Source: Cyanophora paradoxa CCMP329
Taxonomy: Eukaryota > Plantae > Glaucophyta
Direction: 5' to 3'
NCBI GenBank assembly: GCA_004431415.1
Contig: QPMI01000562.1
Location: 62,001 to 126,000 of the forward strand
Length of the DNA stretch: 64,000 bases
The notes below the pieces were generated by a model. The model was given only the letters and a program-made list of their open reading frames with translations. It was not told the DNA's origin and did no database searches. Shown here piece after piece: positions 24,673 to 36,678 of this stretch. Every line of letters begins with the position of its first letter. The first letter of the stretch is position 1. Made by a program: the position numbers and the translations under genes.

Positions 24673-26319
24673 CACAGCCAGCACTTCTAGCACGCCAGCT
24701 CACCATGTCGGCACGACCGCCGACCATCCCAGCTCTTCCGGCCACGGGCCTCCCAGGCGTCAACTGGAGCCCACTAGCCGAAGATTACCTGCGGCGCAAC
24801 CGCGCAGCAGCAACCGTGCAGCAGTTCTGCGTAGACGGCTGGCCCGAAGGCACCCTCTCACCAGCAATCCTGCCGGAATCGTCGGCGGGTGGCGGTTCCC
24901 GCTTAGATTTGGTTCCTTACTGCCACGGCGGTACGTAGGTTCACGACCGGGCTCGCCCGCCTCGCTAGCGTATAGCGAAGGCTATTCCGGGGGCCCATCG
25001 TCAATCCGCGGCCGCCGGCCTCTCTTTTCCGTTTAAGCGGCTACCGCACCTCGCCACCTGATTCCCGGCGGTTGGCTGACCACCACCTGCGCGCATGTCG
25101 AGACCGCCTCGACGCGACGGCCGGCCGCGCATCATCGGCGCCCCGGCGGCTTCCGCGCAGGATCGCCTCGGCCCGCGTGCGCTCGCGCTGTAGGCCCACC
25201 TCCGTCGATCGGGGCTGGGTCTCACAGCTCCCCGGCGGCCGGTGCCCGGGCCGCTCGCGCGACCCGGGGAGACGACGGAGTACGGTCCTCGCGTGCGCCT
25301 CGCGCTGCGGGACGGCCCGCGAGCGTGCGCGCTGTGGGCCCCAAACTCGGAGTTCGGAGGCCGCGCGCGACCCTCGCTGTGGCCCGACCCGCCTCGGCGG
25401 ATTCCGGCGATTCGCGTACCCCGACCTGGAGAGAAAGTAGGTAGCGGGCTCCTGCCCGCTGGGCGCCTCTCCGGCTGCCGCGAATCGCCTCGGCGGTGCC
25501 TTTAGCCCTCCTCTAGCTGGTTAGCCGCGCGTCCGTTAGGAATCCGCTCCGTGGGTCGGTTCGGCGAGCTACTCCAGCGGACACCAGCGGCGGCTTCAGC
25601 AGCTGCTCTCTCGTTCAGCCCAAGCACTTCTCTGCGGCAGCGATCGGCCGCCCGCGGCTATGGGGCCGGCGACCTGCGCTGCGCCCGCGCAGATGATCGT
25701 CGGTCGTGTGAGTGCACGCCCGCGTCGCGGCCGTGGGCGTCGCGGCCGCACAGATGCTTGGATTCCTGGCGAGGCGACGTGCTTCTGAGCACTCGGGCGG
25801 CCCGGGCCTCCCAACCCCGCCGCAGCGGACTCCGCGCGCGCGCGCGCCAGCTGGAGGAGGTATCTCTCGGCCGAGGAGCACAGGTCGCCGGCTGCGGCCG
25901 GCGATGCTGTGCGCCCGCCGGTTTTCACCCGGGCTCTCACGGGCTCCGGTTTCCGGCCCTCCCTGGGGTTAGTCGGCCTTGCTCTCTTAGTGCGCTTCTT
26001 CCCTGCCAAATTGAGGGCTATAGTTCAGGCTCAGCCGCTTCGACCTCATCCTCGCTTATACATCGGTCCTCTCTGTAGGCGCCCTTGTCCTGAGGGGGGT
26101 TATAGTAGCTCTGCTCTGCTTCGGCTCTCTAGGCAGGTGTAGGCAGTGTTTCTAGGCAGGTATAGGCCCCTTTCTCCAGTACAATAGCTCCACCCGGTCC
26201 GATGTCCGAAAGGCTTGTTCCCGTAGGCTCATCTCTCGACTTGACACAGATGGACACTGCAGTCATATCCCTAGCCATTTGTCTCGGTGTGTGCGAATTC
26301 ATTTGTATGTCGGCGGATT

Positions 26320-27630
26320 CCGGCCGCACCGCGGCCGGCGAACTCCCATCAGGGCACGGTTCTCGCGAGCACCTCGCTGTGAGACGGGCCCGCGGGCGCG
26401 TCGCGCTGTGGGCCCCCGTGCTAGGAGTTCCGGGGCCGCGTGCATTCCGCTGTGGCCCCGGGCCGCGACCGCGGCACCGGCCGCTCCCGCGGCCGGCTAC
26501 TCCCAACCTGGCCTTCAACCCCGCGTGCGCCTCGCGCTGCGGGACGGCCCGCGGGCGCCTCGCGCTGCGGGCCCTCTACTCGGAGTTCAGAGGCCGGAGG
26601 CCGCGCGCGACCTTCGCTGCGGCCCACCCCGTCCCCAACGGAGTCCGGCCGCGCCCGCGGCCGGCGAACTTCGACCAGGAGCACGGGTCTCGCGAGCACT
26701 TCGCTGTGAGACTGCCCGCGAGCGCCCAGCGCTGTGGGTCCCGTGCACGGAGTTCCGGGGCCGCGTGCGTCCCGCTGTGACCCCGGGCTGCGACCGCGGC
26801 GCCGGCCGCCCCTGCGGCCGGCAACTCCCAACCCGGCCTTCACCCCGCGTGCGCCTCGCGCTGCGGGACGGCCCGCGGGCGCCTCGCGCTGCGGGACGGC
26901 CCGCGGGCGCCTCGCGCTGCGGGCCCTCTTCTCGGAGTTCGGAGGCCGCGCGCGACCCTCGCTGCGGCCCACACCGTCCCCGACGGAGTCCGGCCGCACC
27001 TGCGACCGGCGAACTTCGACCAGGAGCACGGGTCTCGCGAGCGCATCGCTGCGAGACCGCTCGCGAGCGCTCGGCGCTGTGGGCCCCGTGCAAGGAGTTC
27101 CAGGGCCGCGCGCGTCTCGCTGTGGCCCCGGGCCGCGACCGCGGCGCCGGCCGCTCCGCGGCCGGCAACTCCCAACCTGGCCTTCAACCCCGCGTGCGCC
27201 TCGCGCTGCGGGACGGCCCGCGGGCGCCTTGCGCTGCGGGCCCTCTACTCGGAGTTCGGAGGCCGCGCGCGACCCTCGCTGCGGCCCGCCCCGTCCCGAC
27301 GGAGCCCGGCCGCGCCGGCGGCCGGCGAACTTCGACCAGGAGCACGGGTCTCGCGAGCGCCTCGCTGCGAGACCGCCCGCGAGCGCTCGGCGCTGTGGGC
27401 CCCGTGCAAGGAGTTCCGGGGGCCGCGTGCGTCTCGCTGTGGCCCCGGGCTGCGACCGCGGCGCCGGCCCTCCCCTCGACCGGCAACTCCCACCCTGGCG
27501 TTCAACCCCGCGTGCGCCTCGCGCTGCGGGACGGCCCGCGGGCGCCTCGCGCTGCGGGCCCTCTACTCGGAGTTCGGAGGCCGCGCGCGACCCTCGCTGC
27601 GGCCCGCCCCGTCCCCGACGGAGTCCGGCC
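26320..27630. repeat. Tandem array, ~320-bp unit (two diverged ~160-bp halves), ~4 copies, 5' region of the retrotransposon
   Basis: GCACGG(G/T)TCTCGCGAGC anchor near 26353, 26680, 27025 and 27342. Confidence 0.85.
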
Positions 27631-27817
27631 CCGCCAGCCAGCGCTGACGCCCCGCCCCGCGGCCGCGCCACGGCAGTGCCGCCGCCACCAAACCCCACTA
27701 GACCCTCGCTCGGGGCCTCCTCCCGCCACCTCGCTGCGTCGCTTACGACGATCCGCAGGCCAGAACCTGCTGGCGGCCGAGTTGCTCGACAAGTCCCCCC
27801 CTTTCACGAAGGCGGGG

Positions 27818-30800
27818 ATGCGGGCCTGGGTCTACTGGCGCGACCTGCCGCGGCGCTCCCGCTTCCTCGCGTGCAGCAAGTTTCTCCGCCTCACCGGCTA
27901 CTTCCCGCCGTTCCCCTTCGCGGGCTCTCAGACAGTCCCGCGCCTCGCGGTACGCCGCGCCGGGCGCACCCGCGCAGGCGGCTCTCATTCCGCGCCAGTT
28001 CTCCGACGACCCCGAGTTCGACGCCTCGCACGCTTTTCTTGCCGGGCTCGTGCCGGTCTACGTGATCCGCGTCATCGGCCAGTCGCGCGGGTCGATCTGC
28101 GTCGCGATCCACTCCAAGGACGACTACTCGGGCCTCGAAGCCACCGGCGTCAACCTCGCCGACCTGGGCATCACCCAGGAGGAGTGGGGCACACTCCACT
28201 CCCGCCTCGGCGACGTCCCCACGGTCCTTCACGCCCTCCGGGCCTTCGGTCCCACCGGCGCGCGCCAGCTCGAGCTCTTCGAGTTCCACACGCTCGCCTA
28301 CCCGCTCGGCGTTCCGCTCGTCTTCCCGGCCGCGAGTTTTGACGACGACGCGGCCTGGCGGTACGCCGGCGCGGCGCGTTTCTTCCTCTTCTCCCGCCGG
28401 CTCACCGCGGACACACAGCGTCACGCACGAACTCCTGCCGTGGGAATTCGCGGCCGGCCTCGCGGGCGCCGGCATGATCCACGCCTGGCTTCACGACTCG
28501 GTACGGCCGCGGTCGATATCCCGCCGAACCGACCTCACGGCCTTGCAGGAGAAACAGAAGTTCTCCAAGACGTTTGGAACCGGCCTGCAGCCCTGGTTCC
28601 GCGACTTCGTGCGGGCCTTCACCGGGCAAGAACAGGGCGCGGCCTCCGGCATCGCGGAGCTGCGCACCGCCCTGCGCAGCGACTACGCCGCCGCCCTTGG
28701 CCTTTGCCCCGGCCCGTCGCGGGCCGCGCCGTCCCGCTCCTGGCCGGCAAGCCTTCAGCCGCTGGACCTGCCCGACAGCGAGGTCCGCCTGAACCGCCCT
28801 CGCCCGGCACCCCTCGCTACACCTCACTCCGGCATAGATTCCATGGGACCAGCTCGTTGAGCCCTGGGGTCTCGCGGAGACGCACTTCCATCTCGGGGCG
28901 ATCGAGGAGGCCTGGAACTCCCCGGGCAGGAAGGGCCGTAGCCTCTACGCTCGGCCCGCCCGTGGGTCAACTCGGCTGCGCAAACCAGCGGCCGACGTCA
29001 TCGACGTCGACGCCGGCGCCGACGCCCCAGCCCCCGCCGAGCCGGTCGCCCCCGCCTCGGGCTCCGCCCCCGGCGCCTCCAGCTCGTCCGCCCCGCCACC
29101 GGCGCCGGCGAAGCGCTCGCTTCCTCCGACGGGACGGAAGCGCGTACCGCCCCCGCTGAAGGCGGCGGACGCCGCGACCGGCGGCGACGGCTCGGCCCCG
29201 CCTCCGGCGGAGAAGCCGAAGAAGACGAAGGCGCCGGCGCAGCCGCGCCGCACGGCCCCGTCCAAGCCCGCCTCCTCCGCCGAGGAGGAGGCGCCTGAGG
29301 AGCCGGCCCCGCGCCCGGCCAAGCCGGCGAAGCGCAAGCGCCGCCCGGTCGTCCCGGAAGACGACTTCTCCGACGACTCCTGGGGCCCGCCCCAGCGGCG
29401 CCGCGCGGCCACACCCCCGCCGCCCGCTTCGGGCGACGAGGGCGAGGAGTCCGACGACGACTCGGACCCCGACCCGGAGCCCAAGGTCGTGGCGGCCGCC
29501 CGAAGCGGCGCTCCGCCACCAAGGAGATCGTGCGGCTCCCACCGCCCCTCACGGAGTCCGAGCGCCTGGCCGCCATCCAGCGCTCCCGCGAGGAGGCCCA
29601 GGCCGCCGCCGGCGCGAAACCGCTCGCGGCGGCCGCCCGCCATCTGCTGGCCGTCCTCCCGCCCCCGTCGGCAACACCCGCGGCGCAGCCCGCTCCGCAC
29701 TACGCGCCCCACGCCGCCACCCAGCCGCCCAGGCGCCGCCCCAGCCCCGGCCGGGCCCCCGTTCGTCCCACCGGCCGACCCCTGGGCCGCCACGCGCGCG
29801 GCGCTGCTGGCGGGCAACGGCCCGCCGGACCTCGTCTGGCTCGCCCAGCACGCCGCGGCCGCCGCATCGCCCGCGACGGGAACGTGGGCCCCACAGGCCG
29901 GCTTCCAGCTTGCCGCACCGACCCCCGCAATCGCCGCGGGGACAGCCCCCACCCAGACCGGGCCCCGGCCGGCGCCGCTGCAGCCGGGGACGCGCAGAGC
30001 CAGCGCGACCACCGCGAGTCGCGCCGCGACCGCGCCAAGGACCGGTCCGCCGGCAAGGACCGCCGCAAGTCCTCGCCGGCAACCAAGTCGGCCGGCAGCA
30101 AGCACGCCCGCTCCGCCTCCCCGCCCCCGAGCCGGAAGTCCGCCGCGTCCGGCGACCCGTCCGACGCGGACGACTCCAGCTCCGCCTCGTCGGGCGCCAG
30201 CCTCCCCGAGTCAGATTCCGACTCCTCCTCCGAGGCCTCCGCCGTTCCCTCACGGAAGGAGGCGAAGCGGGCAAAGCCGTCGGCCGCGGAGCCGGCTGGC
30301 CGCCTCCCGGCCGACCTCGTTCGCCCCGCCAACCTCGTCGGCCTCCAGCTGCCCGCCGCGGAGACTGGCCTGCACACCGCGGCCACCGAGCTCGCCGAGC
30401 GCCTCCGCCAGATCGAGCAGGGCTTCACCAACTACCTCATGCCCGGCGGCAACAACATCGCGGGCAGCGCCGCCGGCGCGGTCGATCGCCAAGTCGCGCC
30501 CATGATCGCGAACTTCGGCCTCTTCTGCATCCGGGAGACGCTCGAGTTCTGCTGGGCCCTCGTGACGCAAGGGCTCGCCCAGGCCAACGTGCAGAACGCC
30601 ATCGGCCTCGTCGCGCGCATCGGCGAGATCCGTGCCCGCATGCCGGGCGGCGCCTGTGGCCGCAGCGGCGAGCTCCTCCGCGAGTGGGACGCCCTCACGC
30701 GGCCGCTGTACCACCGCCTGCGGGAGGCCGTCCGCGCCCTCTCGGTCCTCCGGGCCTACATGCGGCCCTCCGCGGACCTCACTCGCTCTCTCAACCAGGC

Positions 30801-31217
30801 GGGCCAGGCGGTCGCGGCCTGGCCCGACTCGGCGAAGCTCCTGCGCAGCTCCTCCGGCCGCGGCACGTCGTCGTTCCTGCAGAACCCGCCCCTCGGCCCC
30901 CACGAGCTGCGCAAGTTCGACAAGCAGGCGACCGCCACCCTCGCGGTCGGCACGCCCGAGGCCATGACGGCCGCCTTCCTGGCCGCCGGAGGTTCCCTCC
31001 CGCCCGCTCTTCCGAGACCTTCCATCGACGCCTCGCGCGAGCAGGCTCGGAGCGCCGCGAGCGCCGCGAGCGCGGCGGCCGGAAGCACGGCCGCGGCGCC
31101 AAGCAGCTCCGCGCGCGCGCCGCCGACGACGAGGAGCCCAAGGACCGCGGGGACTCCGACGAGGACCGCCCCAAGAAGGGCAAGAAGCCCAAGGGCGGCA
31201 AGCGCGGCAAGGACTAG
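27818..31217 (+). CDS. Long gag-like ORF1 of the YR retrotransposon (several apparent frameshifts)
   Basis: Protein-like segments alternate between frames (MRAWVYWRDL; VYVIRVIG; HELLPWEFAAG; Pro/Ser-rich linker; helical ELAERLRQIEQG; basic tail KKGKKPKGGKRGKD*). Lies upstream of RT. Start is uncertain. Confidence 0.55.
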
Positions 31218-31320
31218 CCCGCCCGCCCCTCCGTCCGCGGCTCCCCCGTCGATCCCCGCGTCGCCCCCAGCCGCTCCCGGGCCTGCGAGCCCGTTCCCCC
31301 GTCGTGTACCCGCGTGTACA

Positions 31321-33390
31321 ATGCCACCAGGCATTTCCACCCCCGATCCGTTCGAGCGCTTGCGCCGCCTGGTGGCGGCGCACGGGGACCCGGGGCCGTA
31401 CGATTTCGCGGGCGCCGCGGCACGTTTCCGAGCGGGGCAGCTCCAGGACCACGCGCACAACTGGCGCGCCTTCTTCCGCCGCGCCGGCACGCAGCTGCCG
31501 TCCTGGGTGGGCATCGTGATTAGCAAGGGGTTGCGCCTGCCGCTCCAGACCCTGAACGGCATGCCGGTAGCGTCCCCGCTGGACCTACCCCGGATCCGTC
31601 CCGAAGGGCCGCGCAACTCGTGCTACCGCACGCCGGAGCACACCGCGTTCGTTGACCGCGAGGCCGCGAGCATGCTCGCCCTCGGCGTCACACGCGTCGC
31701 GACCGAGGAAGACGTCCGCCTGATCCGGCACCGGGCCTCGCTCCTCGTGGTCGACAAAGCCGGCCCGGACAAGTTCCGGCTCTGCCTCGACGCGACGCCG
31801 GTGAACCCGTTCATCCGGCTGCCGACCTTCCGGTACCAGACGCTCGACGAGGTCGCGTCGTACCTCACGCCCGGCTGCTGGCTCGTGAAATTCGACCTCA
31901 AAAAGGGCTACTACCACATCGCCCTCGAGCCGAGCACGCAGCGCCTGCTCTCTTTCGAGTGGCGAGGCGTCCTGTACGTCTACCAGGCGCTCTGCTTCGG
32001 CGTGAACATCGCGTGCTTCGCCTTCACGAAGTTCACGCGCGCGTTCGCGAAGTACTGGGCCGCCCTCGGGGTCAAGCTCTGCACGTACATCGACGACGGG
32101 CTGTTCATCTGCCCGTCCCGCGAAATCGCGGAGCTCGTGTCGATGCACCTGCGGGCGATCGCGCCCGACCTCGGCATCACGTTCTCCGAGAAATCGGATT
32201 TCACGCCGACCCAGCTCACGGAATACCTGGGCATCGTGATCGACGTGCGCCCCGAGTCCGGCGTTTTCGCGGTCACCGCGAAAAAGGTCGCGAAGACCCT
32301 CGCCCGCGTCGACGAGGCGCTCGACCAGCCCTCTGTCTCGGCCCGCCGGCTCCAGAAGCTCGCCGGCTCCCTCATCGCCCTCCGCATGGCCTTCCCCGCG
32401 GTCCGCCTCATGACCCGGCCCCTGTTCGGCCTCATGTCGACCGCGGACGCGCTCGCCGACCCGTTCAACGAGTCGCTGGTCACGATTGAGGGCCCCGCGC
32501 GCGAGTGCCTCGAGTGGCTGCGCGCCGCCCTCCGCCGCGGCTCGCCCCCGGAGCACCCGATCTGGACGCCGCGGTCCTTCTACCGGCTGTTCACCGACGC
32601 CTCCGGCTACGGCTACGCCGCCTTCCTGGACAAGGCGGTGTCCTTCGACGCCGGCGCCACGCGCCAGCGCGAGGCGTGGTCCGTGTTCGGCACGTTCCCG
32701 GCGCCCCTGCGCGCCTCCGACGGCCCCATGAAGGCCGGCGACACGAGCAGCAACGAGCGCGAGCTCCGCGCCATCGTTGCCGCGGCGGACGACCTGTTCC
32801 CCCTGCTCCCCGCGGGCGCGCACGTCCTCATCCGATGCGACAACCGCTCGGCGGTCGCCGCCGTGGCGCGCGGGGGCGGCTCCGCCCGCCTCTTTGACCT
32901 GAGCGTCCGCCTCTGGCACCGCTGCGCGGCCCTCGGCGTGTTCATCACCGCCCGGCACCTGCCGGGCGAGGCCAACGTCTTCGCCGACCGCGGCTCGCGC
33001 GACGGCGCCCGCGCCCCGGCTCTGAACCGCTCCCTCCTCGAGCGGTGCCGGCACCTTCTCGGCCAGCGCGCGGCCGCCCACCACCACGTCGCCTTCGAGG
33101 ACGACCTCTGGTTGGGCGACTTCCGCCCCGCGGAGCCGACCGTCCTGACGGTCGACTCTCGCCTCCGCCCGGCGCTGATCGCCGCGCTCCGCGATCGCCC
33201 GGCCTCGGCCCCCCTCGGCCTCCTCCTCCCCGTCCAGCCCAGCACGACCTGGTCGGTCGCGCTGGCGGACCTTCGCGCCCGCGGCGCCTCCGTCGCCCCG
33301 CTCGCCGACCTCCCCCCCCACGTCTTCTTCTCCGGGAACATAGGCCTGGGCTCGTCCCCGTGGCCGCTCGAGCTGACCTTCTGGTCGTAG
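31321..33390 (+). CDS. Reverse transcriptase-RNase H (DIRS-type pol)
   Basis: RT motifs KFRLCLD, KFDLKKGYYHI, ALCFG, YIDD, YLG. RNase H motifs FTDASG, NEREL, CDN, HLPGEANVFADRGSR. Confidence 0.95.
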   Translation: MPPGISTPDPFERLRRLVAAHGDPGPYDFAGAAARFRAGQLQDHAHNWRAFFRRAGTQLPSWVGIVISKGLRLPLQTLNGMPVASPLDLPRIRPEGPRNSCYRTPEHTAFVDREAASMLALGVTRVATEEDVRLIRHRASLLVVDKAGPDKFRLCLDATPVNPFIRLPTFRYQTLDEVASYLTPGCWLVKFDLKKGYYHIALEPSTQRLLSFEWRGVLYVYQALCFGVNIACFAFTKFTRAFAKYWAALGVKLCTYIDDGLFICPSREIAELVSMHLRAIAPDLGITFSEKSDFTPTQLTEYLGIVIDVRPESGVFAVTAKKVAKTLARVDEALDQPSVSARRLQKLAGSLIALRMAFPAVRLMTRPLFGLMSTADALADPFNESLVTIEGPARECLEWLRAALRRGSPPEHPIWTPRSFYRLFTDASGYGYAAFLDKAVSFDAGATRQREAWSVFGTFPAPLRASDGPMKAGDTSSNERELRAIVAAADDLFPLLPAGAHVLIRCDNRSAVAAVARGGGSARLFDLSVRLWHRCAALGVFITARHLPGEANVFADRGSRDGARAPALNRSLLERCRHLLGQRAAAHHHVAFEDDLWLGDFRPAEPTVLTVDSRLRPALIAALRDRPASAPLGLLLPVQPSTTWSVALADLRARGASVAPLADLPPHVFFSGNIGLGSSPWPLELTFWS

Positions 33391-34358
33391 AGCCGAACGT
33401 GGCGGCGGAGGAGCTCGCCGACTGGCAGGGGGCCGCTTTCGCGCCCCGCACCACGGCGGGACAGCGGCGCGCGGCGCGCCGGTACTTCGCGTTCACCGCC
33501 CGCCACGACCTGGCGCCGGCGGCCGAGCGCTCCGTCCTCCTCTTCCTGGCCGATGCGACCGCCAGCCGCCGCCGCACGGCGGGGGCGGACCTTGCCCCGA
33601 GCACCATCGGCGGCCTGGCGGCCCACATCTGGCGCGAGCTCAAGCTGCGGGGCCTGGTGGACCCCGCCCAGCCGCGCTCGTTCATGTACCAGACGGCCTG
33701 GCGCGGCATGAAGCGCCGCCTGGGCCGGCCCGTCCAGCAGCGCCGAGCGCTCCTGCCCGGCGACGTCCGGGCCTGGTTCGACACCTCCTCCTTCGGCAAC
33801 CGCGCTCCGGCGCAGCGACTCCGCGACGCCGCGCTGCTCGCCGTCGGCATCGCCGGGTTCCTGCGAGGCGCAGAGCTCGTCGCCCTTCGAATGGGCGACG
33901 TCACGTGCGAGACGGAACCGTCCCCTCGCATCGCCCTGCACGTCCGTCGCTCAAAGACCGACCAGGAGGCGCGCGGTGCCGTCGTCTACCTGACGCCCGC
34001 CCGCCACAGTCCGTCCTGCCCCGTGCGACTGCTCGCGTCCCACCTGAGCGAGAACCGGGCCGAAGCCCCGGCCACGGCCCCACTATTCCCGCGCCTCTCC
34101 GACCCGTCGACCGCGGTCACCGCCGGCTTCCTACGGCGCCTGGTGAAGGAGGTGGCCGGCGCGGTCGGCCACGACCCCGCGGATTTCTCCGGCCACAGCC
34201 TCCGCCGCGGCGGCGCCACGGCTGCGGCCCGCCGCGGCCTGCCGGCGACCTGGATCCGCCGTCACGGTCGTTGGGCCCTGTACTCCTCGGTTCCCCAGGG
34301 GTACATCGAGGATTACCTGTTCCTCCTCTCCTCCGACCTCGCCGACCTCGGCTTTTAG
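33045..34358 (+). CDS. Tyrosine recombinase; overlaps the pol 3' end, convincing homology from ~33390
   Basis: RDAALL..GFLRGAEL (R), RRSKTDQ (K), SCPV, FSGHSLRRGGAT (HxxR), HGRW..QGYI (W, Y). Confidence 0.95.
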   Translation: MPAPSRPARGRPPPRRLRGRPLVGRLPPRGADRPDGRLSPPPGADRRAPRSPGLGPPRPPPPRPAQHDLVGRAGGPSRPRRLRRPARRPPPPRLLLREHRPGLVPVAARADLLVVEPNVAAEELADWQGAAFAPRTTAGQRRAARRYFAFTARHDLAPAAERSVLLFLADATASRRRTAGADLAPSTIGGLAAHIWRELKLRGLVDPAQPRSFMYQTAWRGMKRRLGRPVQQRRALLPGDVRAWFDTSSFGNRAPAQRLRDAALLAVGIAGFLRGAELVALRMGDVTCETEPSPRIALHVRRSKTDQEARGAVVYLTPARHSPSCPVRLLASHLSENRAEAPATAPLFPRLSDPSTAVTAGFLRRLVKEVAGAVGHDPADFSGHSLRRGGATAAARRGLPATWIRRHGRWALYSSVPQGYIEDYLFLLSSDLADLGF

Positions 34359-34599
34359 CCCGGCGTTGTAGCGTGTTAAAAAAAAATACATTCACGGTTA
34401 GCAGTCCTGGCAATCGAGAATGACACGCGAGGGCCCGCGCGGTGCGCGGGCGGAGAAGGATAGGGAGCGGGGGATGCTGAGCCGGAGGGGAAGGGGGGCC
34501 CATAAAGGGCCCCGCTTTTCTCCCCCCCCGGCCGCTCCAGCGTTTTTTATGATTGGTGCAATGTATGCTATTCTGGCTGGCTGTGACCTGACTCTTGTT

Positions 34600-36678
34600 T
34601 GGTAGGGGGTACTGCATTCGTGCTGCGTTCGCTACGCTCACCCCCGCGGCCTCCGGCGGCGGTACCCGGCTTCGGATCCCCGAACCCGGAAGAAACCGCG
34701 TACCCCTCCCCGGGGTACGCCGTTCGCCCCAACCGGCCCCACAAGGCGCGGCCCGAGGCCGAACGCGTACCCCGGAGAGGGGTACGGCGTCAGAGCGGCC
34801 CCGATCAAGTGTACCCCGAGCGGGTACCCCGATCGGCCCCGCGACGGCCCGAGCGGAGTACCCCGAGCGGGGTACACCGTCTCGACCCGCAACGGCCCTC
34901 CCCGGGGTACAGGCGCCTAGCGCGCTTACCCCGGAGAGTTCTTGTTCCGGAACTCGCAAGGGCGAGGCCGGAATGGCATACGGCGATCCGCCCTGGTCGA
35001 TCGCCAACGTATTATGATACGTGGTTCCCGGGAAAGCAGCCTTGAGCTGCCGTACCTCAGGCCCAACCCGATGCGCTATCCGTGCATCTAGCTAAGTAGT
35101 GCCAGGCGTAAGATAGCTAGGTCTTCTGCATTCGAATGAAGCGAGGCGTAAATCGGGATTTGCGCTCTCAATGCGTAAATCGAGTTTTGCGCCGACGGAA
35201 TGCGAACAAAGAAGACCGTAGCCGAGCGCCAGGCACGAAAGAGCTGAGCGACTCGCTAGCCGCGGAGCGGCGCGAGGCGAGCACGGGATAAGCAGCAGGC
35301 TGCAGCGAGCGTCCCGCAAGGGACTAGCTGAGCTAGCCGTTGGGCCGAGCCGGCGGGCTTGAAGCCGCCGAGCGCCGGGGGGTACGCTGATTCGGGGTTT
35401 CCCTTCACGCCCAGCTTCGCTCGCGGCCGCCCCAGGCCACGAAGCGACCAGCGGCGAAGCGAAATCGCTCCCGCCCACCTCCCCGCGATTTTTCCTCCGG
35501 GGCGCCGAACCTCGCTACCCAGCGAGCCCCGGCGCCGCGAAAAGTCCGCGCAAAAGGCAATGCATACGGCGACCAGCGCCAGCGTTCGCCGAGGGTATTA
35601 TAATACGTGATTCCTTGTCGTCTCCTGCGCACGCGGTTCCGGATGTTACTCCCGCTCGGTGCCGGCCACCAGCGCGGACATGGTCGTGCACAGCTGATCC
35701 GTGGTAATTTACAATGGTTCCGTCGAAGATTCGGGCACGAACCGCGCAGACTCGGTGTACCGGTCGTCAGTCGTGTTTTTCACGCGCGCCCGCTGGACCC
35801 ACTTGTGCCGGGCCGGGGTCCAGCGCGCCCCCAAGAAACAGTTGCGCGGCTTCGTGGAGAATCTCGAGTTTCTCCCCGCTGGTGTACCCTGTTATATATT
35901 CCTCTGGACCCGCGGGCGCCGAGCCGCGGTCCAGCGCGCATTACCGTTACGCGGTTTTCCCGCGGTAACTTGCTGGTTTTCGAGTCTGCCGCCCCGGCGC
36001 GGGGGTAGACTTCGCGCATGAACTCGGAGTCCTGTTGGTTTTTGATGAGCCTCGGTTGTCGTATGCGTACGACCCCTTGGTCTCATGGTTGTCTGCGGAC
36101 GACGGGCACGCTACCCGTGTGGTAGGGGGTACTGCATTCGTGCTGCGTTCGCTACGCTCACCCCCGCGGCCTCCGGCGGCGGTACCCGGCTTCGGATCCC
36201 CGAACCCGGAAGAAACCGCGTACCCCTCCCCGGGGTACGCCGTTCGCCCCAACCGGCCCCACAAGGCGCGGCCCGAGGCCGAACGCGTACCCCGGAGAGG
36301 GGTACGGCGTCAGAGCGGCCCCGATCAAGTGTACCCCCGAGCGGGGTACCCCGATCGGCCCCGCGACGGCCCCGAGCGGAGTACCCCCGAGCGGGGTACA
36401 CCGTCTCGACCCGCAACGGCCCTCCCCGGGGTACAGGCGCCTAGCGCGCTTACCCCGGAGAGTTCTTGTTCCGGAACTCGCAAGGGCGAGGCCGGAATGG
36501 CATACGGCGATCCGCCCTGGTCGATCGCCAACGTATTATGATACGTGGTTCCCGGGAAAGCAGCCTTGAGCTGCCGTACCTCAGGGCCCAACCCGATGCG
36601 CTATCCCGTGCATCTAGCTAAGTAGTGCCAGGCGTAAGATAGCTAGGTCTTCTGCATTCGAATGAAGCGAGGCGTAAA
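34600..36678 (+). repeat. 3' repeat block B1-A2-spacer-B2
   Basis: B1 and B2 differ essentially in homopolymer lengths. The B1|A2 junction GGCGTAAA|TCGGGATTT equals the right end joined to the left end. Confidence 0.95.

Larger units (their letters stand above)
24357..36678 (+). mobile_element. Full-length tyrosine-recombinase retrotransposon (DIRS order; PAT/Ngaro-type split direct repeats)
   Basis: A1 24357-24672, B1 34600-35152, A2 35153-35468, B2 36120-36678; gag-like, RT-RNaseH and YR ORFs; no TSD; removal restores host GNVTIWDL. Confidence 0.95.

Noticed and set aside
29530-33390. Single 1286-aa gag-pol fusion ORF as given by the ORF track
   Set aside because: The alternative frame ending KKGKKPKGGKRGKD* at 31217 looks like the natural ORF1 C-terminus, and ORF1 has other apparent indels. 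The fusion may be an artefact, so pol was annotated from 31321.
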